A stretch of DNA of 64,000 nucleotides from Takakia lepidozioides (taxonomy: Eukaryota; Plantae; Bryophyta), in contig CM060733.1 in assembly GCA_030704615.1 (NCBI GenBank), forward strand, positions 44,206,001 through 44,270,000. The letters are read 5' to 3'. The position numbers and the translations under genes are program-made. Of the stretch, positions 1 through 10,699 are shown one piece after another; within the stretch, counting starts at the first letter, position 1; every line of letters starts with the position of its first letter. The notes below the pieces were generated by a model. It was not told the DNA's origin, did no database searches, and saw only the letters and a program-made list of their open reading frames with translations.

Positions 1-1490
1 GACCCGACGCCCAGCTTCCTTCTTCTTCAGGTGAATGGATTTTTCTTATGTGTTTTTGTGAGAACTAGATAGTGGCTTTTATGCGAAAGAAAGGTAGTAC
101 GTGCGCTGGAAGTCCAGGGGGACACATAGACCAACTGAGAACGAAAACAGCAGAACCACAGCTCGCCGCTCAATCGCTGCATGAAGGTGGAGTGCCTCAT
201 GCAGGCAAGCCGCTAAGCAGTGCGGTTCCGCATAGCTAAAGGCCTCTGCTAGGAGCGGAGAAATATAAAAGGATGCCGTAATTGTCGCTGGATCTCATAG
301 GCATGGGACGAGAACTCCACTTCGAGCTGTGGTGAAAATCTGGCAGATCCTCAGGAGGTCCTTTATCCCATCGTCATCTCCCTATCCGGAGAGTATTGTA
401 ACCGACTAAAAGCGCTCAAAGCTGGTGAAGGAACTCTCTCTAAGGACAAGGATGGTGTCTCTGTAAAAGTGGTTCTTTGATGTGAGCTTGGTCTGTTGCA
501 GATACCTGTTGAGATCTTCCCTAATCAGCCCGTTCCTTTCTTTTTGGTGATGACCTTAGTGGTGGATGAAAGGGGGTAGAGCCTCCACATTTAACCCTAG
601 ACTCCAGAGGAGTGTTTGCACTTAGAGAAACCTACAGATCTCTCCTTCTCCCAGGATAATCAAGACAGCCATTGGTTGGCAACCATTATGAGGATAACAT
701 GCAAGGATGATGTATAGGCCTGAAGATTGAGTCATGTTGAAGAGGAAAAGTATCTGTATTCCTCGTTTGAGGACACCTGTAGTGGTTTTCCGCCACCGAT
801 TGGCTGTAATCGTAAGTCGCCTAATGCTGCAATGGCTCAGTAGTCAGAGAAATGCTGCTGCGGCATGTCCAAACTATCTTGTGCTGTCTGGGAGAAGAAA
901 CAGATAGGAGGGGAATGAATCACTATTCTAAGATTGTTGGAAGAGTTGATGTTTTCAATACCTCGACCTGTATAGAAGAATCTGCAGTATGGATACTGTT
1001 GGGTGTTTGAGATTGGCTGGTTCACCTACTGGCCAGTGTGATGAGATAGATAGGAGAGGTGAAAGTGTGGCTGTCTTGTAATGCAATTATTATCCAAAAC
1101 ACTCTTTCGTCTATGGGTCAGCTCTAAATTTAGGAGAAATATTTGTTAGGGCTTGTGGTTGTGTGTGGAAAGGAGTTCATAGCACCTGATGGGGATAGTT
1201 AAAAGTTACTATATGCATGTATTAAACTATCGTTTGCAGGCACAGAAGTTACAGAAAATGTACCCAGACTGTTTCATCTTTTGGCCTTTTGGTTGGGGGG
1301 GGGCATGGTGCACTGACAGATTACCAAGTGAGATGGCATGTCAATTGTCCTTGATGCCATTGCACAGTGCGACGGCTGCAAGTTGCATGGTGGCTCAGCT
1401 GAACACGACAGCAGACACTCTGCTCCAGGGTATGACTTCTGACTGGTCTCATGTTAGATTGCATCTCCAATGTCGGTATTATTACAGGCT

Positions 1491-1511
1491 CCCTAAACCC
1501 TAAACCCTAAA
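1491..1511 (+). repeat. Three tandem plant telomere-type repeats (CCCTAAA)3, interstitial/telo-box-like
   Basis: ccctaaaccctaaaccctaaa read directly. Confidence 0.7.
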
Positions 1512-3566
1512 CTCGAAACAACACCATCAGCGCATTGATGATGCCTTGTTAGGTTAAGCGGACCTCGATGGCAGAGGGCATCCTTACGTCCGCTTTCGTG
1601 AAGAAACTTGTATTCGTGGTCAGATGCTGAAGTGGGGTTGCATGAACCCATACATTCAAGTCGTGCATTCTCAGCATGAGATGTCGAGAAGTTTCAAACA
1701 CTTGTTGACATGTATGCTGAAATGTGCTGTGACCCATGCATAAGGCAGTTATTTGCTATTCATCACTTGGGATTTGGTGGCACTTTCACTCAAAATTGAG
1801 TCTCCCAGGAGTCTCCAAACTAGAATATGGACTGCCCACTCTAGAGGCGCAGCACCACGAAGTACAGAGAAATGTGTTTTGTCTCTTCTTCTGTGTGTAT
1901 CATGGACTAGATCCTTCCATCTTCATCTTCTCTCTTTCTTTCTCATGTGTGAAATGATTATAGTTTTGCACCGTACATGTAGTAATTCTGGAATGAACTT
2001 GGCAAGTGCATAAATAGCAGGTGTCATGGTAGAGGATTGAAAGTCTGTGTGCTCCCTGTCAGGAACGTGGATAATTGATGATAATTGACTTCCACTGAGG
2101 TTTGCAACCTCTTTGAGATAGCTGGAGCTAGTATGATGGCCTGCAGGAGGATTGGGTAGTTGCAAACAAGCTGCATTGAATGTTATGGTAGAATGTAACC
2201 AACATCTTTGTCTTCTGTTAGTAACGCCAGTATTTATGGCATTTAATGTTTTTTGGGATTTGCAAATTTCTATAGAATGGTTCTGAACCACTTTGAAACA
2301 TGTGTAGCCAGGAAATCTGACTGAGAAAGGTTCATATTTTATCTAGCCTGTCATATATTCAAAGAGATAGTGGTGCATGTTTGCTACCTGCGAATTTCTT
2401 GATAGGCAAACAAGGATTCAATGTAATACAAGTTCAAATTTCCAAACTCATTTTGCAATCCCAACTTGCATTTTTTTTAGTATGTCTTTTAGGCTTTTTG
2501 CGACTTGCCTTCTCTCTCTCTTCCTACTGGTCCTCCTATAGTCTCTAGGATATTTTTGGAACTAATACTCACCTTGCTATGCGGTTTTAGCAAGATGTAG
2601 AGACCATAATTGCCATAGCTCTCATGCAAAATTTATGACTTATTGGACATTGAATGTTGAATTATGAACTGGTTTGCCATCTTACTTGGAAGTAATGAGA
2701 TTGATTTGAGCGTTCCTTTATCCCTCTGATGTATGACAAATGGTTGTGGTTGTAGTACTAGTGCTCTATTAGAAAGATGGAAAACAAGGAGAGTCATGCA
2801 CCCACCTCGGCCCCTCTTGACAACATGCATATTGGGGTTCATGTAATTGCACTTGGCACAAGCTCATTTAGAATGGACAGTGCCTCTCCTTTTTCGCTTG
2901 CCAATTTTTTTGGTGATTTATCAGCCATCATTGCCGCTTTAGATGGGCTTTAGTTGTTCTGGCCTTGGCATGTTGGTTTTTTGTCAGCAGTGACCTTTCC
3001 TCATGGATGTGATTACCAGAGTAATCCGGATACGGATCTGGCAGCTATTTGATATCCGACTATTATTTATATCCGACGGATACAAAAAAACACGGGATCT
3101 GGATAGGATCCTACCCGCCGGATATAAAAAAGATTAATAACCGGATTGTATCCGAATATGTACCAAAAATACCACTGTTGATATATATATACCCTGGTGT
3201 GGCAAGTTTAGGTGCCGGATGTATACCCTTATATCAGGGTATATTTTTATGATACACCCTTATCCTTATTTTTACCCTGCATCAAGACGCTCAGTATACC
3301 CTACTTTTTTGAAGGGTATATCTATCTGGGTATATAAGGGCCTTTATGTGCCTTCATAGCCTTTATGTGCTGGGCTGTCATGTTTCGATCTGAAGAGGTA
3401 TTGTTTGGGTTATATGACATTTTAGGAATGATATATATGTAGCATTTGTTTTGGCTGTGATTGGAGCTTTCTTATAGCTCAAGGCTCCCTAACAACTCAA
3501 CAAAAAGAGAAAAGACCTACAATTCAGGCCCTTGAGGAGGGGGAAAGATTAACCCCCTTTCATTTA

Positions 3567-4503
3567 AGGTAGTGGCATCTAGAAGTGTGCGTTGCCTTTA
3601 TCTGTCCCCTATTTTTGATGAATGAAGTCACTGCTTTCATCCCAGTACTGTGCACTTTTGCAATGGAGGCAGTTCAAGGTTAATTACTGCTTTGGATTAG
3701 GTACAACATGGAGTGTTTTGGGAGTACGAAGGGCTTAATTAATGGTGGGTTAGTGAAGCTAACTACACAGCCATCTAGTGATTCTCATTTCAAATTCCCC
3801 ATTCGTTTTTGAAAGTGGAGGCGGGTATTTCGGGACAATGGCCGGTTAATACAGCAGCCAAACATGAATGCAAATGGGATGCATGGCTCACTTTAGATAC
3901 TGCTACATTGCACACTTTTATCATGCTTCAGTTTACGGGAGAATGGGAAATGAAGGAGCTGTCGAGTCTTCCAGCTCTCTCCACGAGGTCGGCTAGTTTA
4001 GGGTTCTAGGATGGCCATGTCTTGGGAGATGTAGGTCAACTCAGGGCAGACATAGGGGTCCTACTTCTCCGTGTATGGTCAGCTTTTGCACAGGTCATCA
4101 TCCATGCAAGGACAGCTAGGGGTCCTTCCATCGGTAGATGCGCCGAATTCCGCATTGGGAGGCACGTACTTCTGGGCCACACATGTGCCTCTGGGCCACA
4201 CATGGCCTGGTTTTGGTAATTCTTTGAGAAAGGTGTAGGTGCACACCTTGTGCATTTAAGCACCTTTAAGCACATATCAGGGATGAATATATGGCATTAC
4301 AGGAGGGACCTACTGAGCAGAAGTGGGATAATATGTAGTTTGACGTTGATGATTCATATATAATACATCTGTGATTGGAAAATTATGTGTTTTGCACAAG
4401 TAATTGTTGCTTCATTTTCTATTCTGCTCATATAATTTTTGAGACACTGCACCCTTTGAGCAGTGCACACTACTTAAATGCACACTTCTAGATACCACTA
4501 CCT
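3567..4503. mobile_element. MITE with ~27-bp terminal inverted repeats and TA flanks
   Basis: AGGTAGTGGCATCTAGAAGTGTGCGTT at the left end; reverse complement of the right end reads AGGTAGTGGTATCTAGAAGTGTGCATT; TA on both sides. Confidence 0.8.
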
Positions 4504-4505
4504 TA

Positions 4506-4872
4506 GGGTAAGTTGGTATGACCGTTCACATAACGATGGTGAAAAATCCCACGGTGAATTTTTGTTGTTTTTACGTTGGGTAAAATTCGTATGGTGTCCA
4601 ACGTATGGGGGCAACCCACAAACTTGGAACTATTTGATTTCATGAATTTTACACAAAGTTATAGGCTTTGAAAGTCGAACCAATCAGAATGCTTGTGTGC
4701 ACCCATAGCCCTATGACCAATATCAGTTTTTGGGGGATTCTATCAAATACTTGTTTGCCAAGTGGCAATAATGGAGAGTCTTGGGACCAGCAGCATATGG
4801 TCATAGGTACTGACAGAAGCGTTAATGGGGTGTTCCGTCATAGACGCATGTTCGGTCTACGCCAACTTACCC
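4506..4872. mobile_element. Second MITE abutting the first and sharing its TA target
   Basis: TA|GGGTAAGTTGGTATGACCG ... CGGTCTACGCCAACTTACCC|TA. Confidence 0.75.
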
Positions 4873-4875
4873 TAT

Positions 4876-5022
4876 GGGCCATGAGACCTAGGACAGTCAA
4901 CGCCCAGACATACCGTCATGAATAATCCCACACACGGGGCAGGGCAGCGGGTTCGAACCCCGAACCACCAGAGCGACACACACTGTGCACTTACCAGCTC
5001 ACTGGCTACCAGCCGATGTGCC
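4876..5022 (-). mobile_element. tRNA-derived SINE-like element (Pol III A/B boxes)
   Basis: Minus strand has A-box-like TAGCCAGTGAGCTGG (4994-5008) and B box GGTTCGAACCC (~4949-4960); no closed cloverleaf. Confidence 0.5.
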
Positions 5023-5887
5023 TCTTTTTCTTTTTTTCTTTTTTTCTGTTTTTTTTGGAAAGGGAGGTAGCCCTTGAGAACTTTATTAAAAAAAATTGAA
5101 GGGAAAAAATTAAACCCTTAGATGCCCGTAGGCCATCTTTTTTTTAATCTCAAACCTCCCAGGAGTCCTCCATCTTGCATTGGAAGTTAACACCAAAATA
5201 TTATGTAATATCTTATCAATTTTCTCTTTTACCATAGATTGTATTTTTTGTGTTTTGTACATATTAAAGAACAAAAAGAAATCATATATTCTTTAAAACA
5301 TTAAATTATTTGTTAATTTAAATAACTATCCATACCCGGAAACTATTCATACCCTCAGGGAATAGTTTGGCATATATATCCATACTCGGGGGTTATATAG
5401 AAATCTGAAAAGTTAATTTACCCATATCCGGAGGGTAAATAATTTTTTGAGATTTCAATTTATCCATACTCGGAGGGTAAATGGTTTGACAAAAATAATT
5501 TACTTATACCCTAAGGGTATATTGAAATCAATTTACCCACACAACACTGAAAAATACCAGATATAAGACAATAAAATAAAATGTTAATTAAAAAAATAGA
5601 ATTGTAATGACTTAAATTGATTAAATGAAAAATTTAAAAGATGTTATTTTCTATGATTCATATATCCGGATTACTCTATAACCGCCGGATATTGTAATCT
5701 GAATATCCGGACTTATTTATATCCGGCAGATTTTTAAAAACTTCTACTATGCATAACCGGCGGATATTAGAAATGCAGATTATTCTAATATCCGGATCCA
5801 TAGGATATATCATTCTCTAATTTGTCATGTATCCGGACTCGGCGGATATTAAAAAAAATTAAGAACCGCCCAACACTGGTGGTTACT

Positions 5888-6249
5888 GAGGTTGGGTAGC
5901 ATCTGAGCATGCTTACGTGGGTGTGAGCATGCTCACGTGAGCACAAGCAAATATTAAGGATATTCCCTAGATGCCTTTCGAATATTCTTCAGCGAAACTA
6001 AAATTGAGAAACTAAAAACTTTGCGAAATTTTTTTAACTGCTCACCTAGGCCCTCACAACATCACTTAAGAAACAAGTAATACCTATACACGATAAACAT
6101 GTTACCCTATAGGCGTGGGGTTTCCTCACGTTATGCGAACTGGATACCCCAGAAAACACCAGAAAAACAAAAATCGTGGTTTTCAGTCCGGGTATCGGCA
6201 GTTTAAGCCCTAGAAAAGTTATTTCGCATTGAGAATATAAATCCAAAGG
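5888..6249 (+). mobile_element. Truncated copy (left arm) of the Mutator-like MITE family also at 53023-53406 and 53776-54097
   Basis: Near-identical GAGGTTGGGTAG...GCGAAACTAAAATTGAGAAACTAAAAAC...TTTAAGCCCTAGAAAAG sequence in the three copies. Confidence 0.85.
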
Positions 6250-6259
6250 GAGAGAAACC

Positions 6260-6770
6260 TAGCCAGCTTCATATGTTTCTTCTCGGCAATACAAGTCACA
6301 AACTCATCCAACTCTACAGTCTTTTGTAGCTGGCGTAATTGGATGTGGCGTCTTCCCACTGCTAGGGGGTGTAGGGCAGACCATCGCTTTCTGAAGTTCT
6401 TGAAGCATTGTGCAAGGTGATAGCGTGCTCTGTCCCATTCATCATTCACAACATCCAAAGTAGCCAGGTGCGTGGAGAACTCATTCAAGAGGCGCTGTCT
6501 CTTCACAGGATCCTCCAGCGACAACTGAACAAATTCTGTGAGGGAACTATGAAACTTTCAGGGCTCCCTTTATAAATAGGCCAAGGTAAAGGTCTTGTTT
6601 TTTAGGTTCCCATAGTTGTTGATAATCAGGCTCACTAGAATCGTCATTTGTGATCTCCAATAAGGTCTCTTCTACAATGACATTCCAGTTATTCAAGTCA
6701 GCCAGACAAGCAAGGCGCTGATTGTACCAAATATCTTTTTCTGTTGGCAACACTTCACCACCCATAGTGC
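6260..6770 (-). pseudogene. PRKDC: DNA-dependent protein kinase catalytic subunit (DNA-PKcs) FAT-region exon, frameshifted and isolated
   Basis: PTEKDIWYNQRLACLADLNNW...PDYQQLWE...QDLYLGLFIKGALK and DEWDRARYHL...FRKRWSALHPL...LRQLQKTVELDEFV align by eye with the vertebrate PRKDC FAT region as recalled (EKDFWELASLDCYNHLAEW; DDVDRAKYYI...LQSVQALTEIQEFI); splice acceptor actgcAG at ~6771, donor gtttct at ~6258; frameshift near 6547. Confidence 0.8.
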
Positions 6771-6899
6771 CTGCAGTTTTAGTATCAAACAACAAGTCAG
6801 TGATCCCATAAAAGCATAGGCAAGTTAAAATATTGTTGTGCTCAAGTATCACTTTCGAGCAAAGCAAAGAAAAATTTGTAGAGTTTGTCATGGATATAG

Positions 6900-7127
6900 T
6901 GTTGGAATTAACACACCCATGTTGTGATGCCGCTAGATCAGGCCTTTGTTAATGCACCGCTCCTTAAATCTAGATAGTAGTTGGCCACCGTTTACATTAG
7001 TAATTATAGCTTCATTACATTTAGCGATAAGGCCCATGTGGTCCTGCTCTCCTTATCTCTGTGACAAACGTTGTATATGTATTCACACCTCTGGTGTTCC
7101 AGTTAGTTGATCAACTCATTGTTTTCA
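6900..7127 (+). repeat. Copia 5' LTR (228 bp, TG...CA)
   Basis: Matches the reverse complement of 27035-27262 with 7 substitutions; followed by PBS. Confidence 0.95.
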
Positions 7128-7139
7128 TGGTATCAGAGC
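7128..7139 (+). other. Primer-binding site (tRNA-iMet) of the Copia element
   Basis: TGGTATCAGAGC immediately after the LTR. Confidence 0.95.
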
Positions 7140-9731
7140 GAGGATAGTGGACTACACGGGTAGTCATGAATCTTTGAGGGTACCTTCAAGACCTATACGG
7201 TTAGAGTTTGAGGAGGATATCTGAGAGCATTTTTTTTGTTTCGTAGAGAAACAAGGAAGAAGATGGTCAAGGGACGTCGTGGAGAGGCTACACGAAAGTA
7301 GTTTGCTTTCTTTCTCTTAGTTCTTCATAGCATTTCTTTATGCTGAAAGTAGATTAGTGTAAACTATTGATCTGTAAACACTTACTATTTCTTCTGCTGT
7401 AGTGTATATCGCATCGTAGAACAGTATGTCAGGAACAGAGTACTCCATAGGTGAGAACCAGAAGATTGAAGGAGCTTCAAACTATGCAATGTGGAAGTTC
7501 AGGACACAAAGTATCCTTGAACGCGAGGATCTTTGGGAAATAGTACAACCCGAGGAAGACAGTAGCTCCGCCGACACTAGCTCTGTCTCTGGCTCTTCCC
7601 CGATCCTAGAGATGCTGATCATGTTCTTAAAAAGCAAAGGATGAAGGCTTTTTCTATAATCAAGCTATTGGTGAAAGACAAGATTGTACCTTTCATACTA
7701 CATGCCAAAGGACCAAGGGAGTGCTGGGATATTTTGAAGAGGCAGTTTGAAATTGTGGCTAGAGGTATAAGAGATAATGCAATAGGACTATACCGTCTTC
7801 ACATTCAGCCCGCCAATGTTGAGTTGCATGTGGTCGAAAGATGAGGTTTTCCTATGGCACAAGAGGCTTGGGCACCTTAATTTTCAAAGTCTTTTTCACT
7901 TGAGCAACAAGGACGTTGCAACAGGGCTGCCAAAACTGCCGCTAATATCTAGTGTATGTGAAGGCTGCCAGTAACACCACAGGGAGAGCTTTCCCAAGAA
8001 AAGTCTCAACCGAGCAACACAGGTACTTGAACTCATACATACAGATCTCTGTGGCCCCTTGTCACCTTCTTTGAGAGGGTCTCGATACTTCATCACATTC
8101 ACAGACGACTATTCGAGAAAAACGTGGATTTATTTCTTGAGACTAAAAAGTGAGGCATTACAAAAATTCAAGTTTTTCAAAGCTCAAGTTGAAAATCAGA
8201 CAGGGCACAGAATTAAAATTCTACGATCTGATCGAGGGGGTGAGTATCTTTCAAATGACTTCATCAAATTTTGCAATGAAGAAGGCATACGAAGACAACT
8301 CACTCAAGCTCACACGCCGCAACAAAACGGTGTTGCTGAACGTAAAAACCGTACTTTGCTTGATAGAGCACGCAGCATGGCTCTTACTTGCTACCCAAGT
8401 TCTTGTGGAGTGAGGCAATTAACACGGCAAATTACCTGGTGAATCGATCACCAACCAAGGCCAACTCGGGTATCACTCTGGAGGAAAAATATTCAGGTAT
8501 CAAACGAGATCTTTCACTCCTCCGTATTTTTGGTTGCAAGGTTTTTGTTCACATAGCCAAGGAAGACGTGGCGTCTAAGTTATCTCCAAGGTCATTGAAA
8601 TGTTTGTTTGTGGGATATGATGAGGAGACCAAGGATTTCAAATGCTTTAGTCCTCACGGCAGAAAGGTGGTCATCACAAGGGATGTTCACTTTGATGAAT
8701 CGAGCATGTCCAGCCTTTCGACATCCTCATCTCCACCTCCCTTAAGTGCTTCTTCAGATCCAAGTCCAATTATAAATGACAATTTGCAACCATGTCATCT
8801 ACCCACTGTACTTGTTCCTGACCAAGCTTGCATTTCTGCTACACTTGTTGATCCTTCAACTCAAAGTGTCTCGGAGTCATGTCATTCACCACCTTTAGGT
8901 ATTGAGGTGCCCACGACTTCGACAGAACCACTCACACCAGAGTGGAGTCCAAACCAAAGGGTTGAAAATTCAGACGATGATAGAGATCTTGTAGGTGCAC
9001 ATGAGCAGCCAAGAGCAGGTATAAATTCCCCACTGGCTATTCGTAAGTCTGGAAGAACGATCATCCGGCCCATTCGATTCGATGACTACGTAGCAATTGC
9101 AGAAGCTGGTGAGCCACAAAAATATTCTGAGGCAATTGGAAATCCGAAATGGCAAGTTGCAATGGATCAAGAAATGGCCTCAATATAAAGAAACTCCACG
9201 TAGGACTTAGTGGATTTACCACCACAAAAACATCCAATCACGGCAAAGTGGGTTTATAAAATCAAGGAAGGAGCTGACGGCAAAGGTGATACATTCAAGG
9301 CTCGTCTTGTGGCTCGAGGGTTCGAACAAAGAGAAGGCATAGATTACGATGAGACCTTTGCGCCCATTGTCAAATGGGGCACCTTACGAACACTTGTAGC
9401 CTTAGCAGCTCAACATGATTGGAAGATGTACCACCTAGATGTCAAGACGACATTTCCTAATGGGGATCTCAAAGAAGAAGTCTTCATGACTCAACCTGAG
9501 AGGTTCATTGCTACTGGGAAGGAGAATAAGGTGTGCAGGTTGAACAAAGCCCTCTATGGGCTGAAGCAAGCTCCACGGGCCTAGTATGAAAAAATCGACA
9601 ACTATCTCCAAGAACAAGGTATGCACAGAAGCAATGCTGACTACAATATGTACTATGTCAATGAAGGTGAGAAACTTGTCATTCTTGTGCTATATGTTGA
9701 CGACCTGTTGATCACATGAAATGATAGTGTC

Positions 9732-10679
9732 TGTCGAGCGGCTTTTACTCACCCATCCCTTTGCTATCCGAGGTGGGAACTCCAAGATAGAAGAGTTGGA
9801 TATCTCCAAGCACTCAGCCCGCTCAGAACAATCAGTCATGACCTATAACTAGTGTATCATGGGAGTGATTCCTGTTTGTATTCCTTCTTGCCTTCATGAC
9901 AGCAAATTACCTTATTGTTTATATTCAAGCATCAGATTGCTTCAGCAAACTACCAGGTTCCAATCACTCATCCATTCATTCCACAGCTTCACTCAGATCT
10001 CTCTACACAGTGTGAGGATGGAATGGGTATCAGATTAAGATCTATCAAGTATCAGGCCGAAGCCATGGTGTCCCTAGTCTACCCTACAATATATCTCTAC
10101 AGCTTGCATGTAACAGCATCAACAGATCGTCTCTCCTCCTTCACCATGTTCTCCCTTCCTACTCCAGTCGTGCTCTCCGCCGATCTCCTCTCATGATGAC
10201 CAAGAAGTGCTCCCCGAGAAATGTCCTCTCTATGTTGCTACTTGCCTAATCTACCTACAAGCTGTTCCAACCGCCTAACTAACTAACTGTCATCCAGACA
10301 TAATGCACGTTCCCACTGCAAATGTCGTTCCCACATAGTCGTTCCCTGCCGCTAATAACCGTTCCCTGTGTACGCTGTGACGGGCTGTGTTCCGCTGTGT
10401 CGAGCTATGACTGTGCCAAGTTGTGACTAGCTGTGTGAAGTTGTGTCGGGCTGTGTCGGGCTGTGATAGGCTGTGATACGCTGTGGAAGGCTGTGTCAGA
10501 CTATCACAAACTATGTCAAGCTGTATCTAACTGTGTATTGTTGTGACTGACTGTGTAAACCTGTCTACCACCCCTAAGGCCTGTGTTGGTCTAAGTCTAC
10601 CATCTGTAAGTCTGCGCAAAAATTAAGGGTACCCCACAGAACCCCTAAAAGTGTCTAAGTCCCAGACAACCCTCTAACA
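9732..10679 (-). repeat. Gypsy-A 3' LTR (948 bp) with internal 10-bp CTGTG-core minisatellite
   Basis: Reverse complement of 28233-29199; TG...CA ends; preceded on the minus strand by PPT GAGAGGGAGAGGGATAA (10680-10696). Confidence 0.95.
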
Positions 10680-10699
10680 TTATCCCTCTCCCTCTCAAA

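Larger units (their letters stand above)
3017..5878. mobile_element. Non-autonomous hAT-like DNA transposon with nested insertions
   Basis: 8-bp flanks GTGATTAC (3009-3016) and GTGGTTAC (5879-5886), 1 mismatch; ends CAGAGT.../...AACACTG; ATATCCGG/CCGGATA subterminal motifs clustered at 3020-3260 and 5660-5850. Confidence 0.65.
6900..9731 (+). mobile_element. Ty1/Copia retrotransposon, 5' half (gag start, internal deletion, GAG-pre-integrase, integrase, RT N-half); degenerate
   Basis: NYAMWKF, WHKRLGH, IHTDLCGP, FTDDYSR, LRSDRGGEY, PQQNGVAERKNR, KARLVARGFEQREGIDY, HLDVK, LYGLKQAPRA, LYVDDLLIT; stops and frameshifts; deletion near 7750 removes the zinc knuckle and protease. Confidence 0.95.

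Noticed and set aside
1491-1511. Possible telomere or healed chromosome end
   Set aside because: Only three units, internal to the window; consistent with a telo-box or TE-associated motif.
1-2900. Short ORFs (837-1025, 1189-1503, 1549-1737, 1923-2291 etc.)
   Set aside because: No recognisable motifs or consistent splice pattern in any frame; probably decayed TE or gene sequence that I cannot assign.
4944-5022. Functional tRNA gene
   Set aside because: The acceptor and anticodon stems do not pair; treated as a SINE head instead.
9915-10196. ORF duplicated at 28735-29334
   Set aside because: Both lie within the paired Gypsy LTRs; the similarity reflects LTR identity, not a gene.
10370-10560. 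Regular short repeats (also 28370-28560 and 54099-54290) as CRISPR-like arrays
   Set aside because: Degenerate 10-20-bp tandem units without unique spacers, in a eukaryotic TE context with no cas genes.
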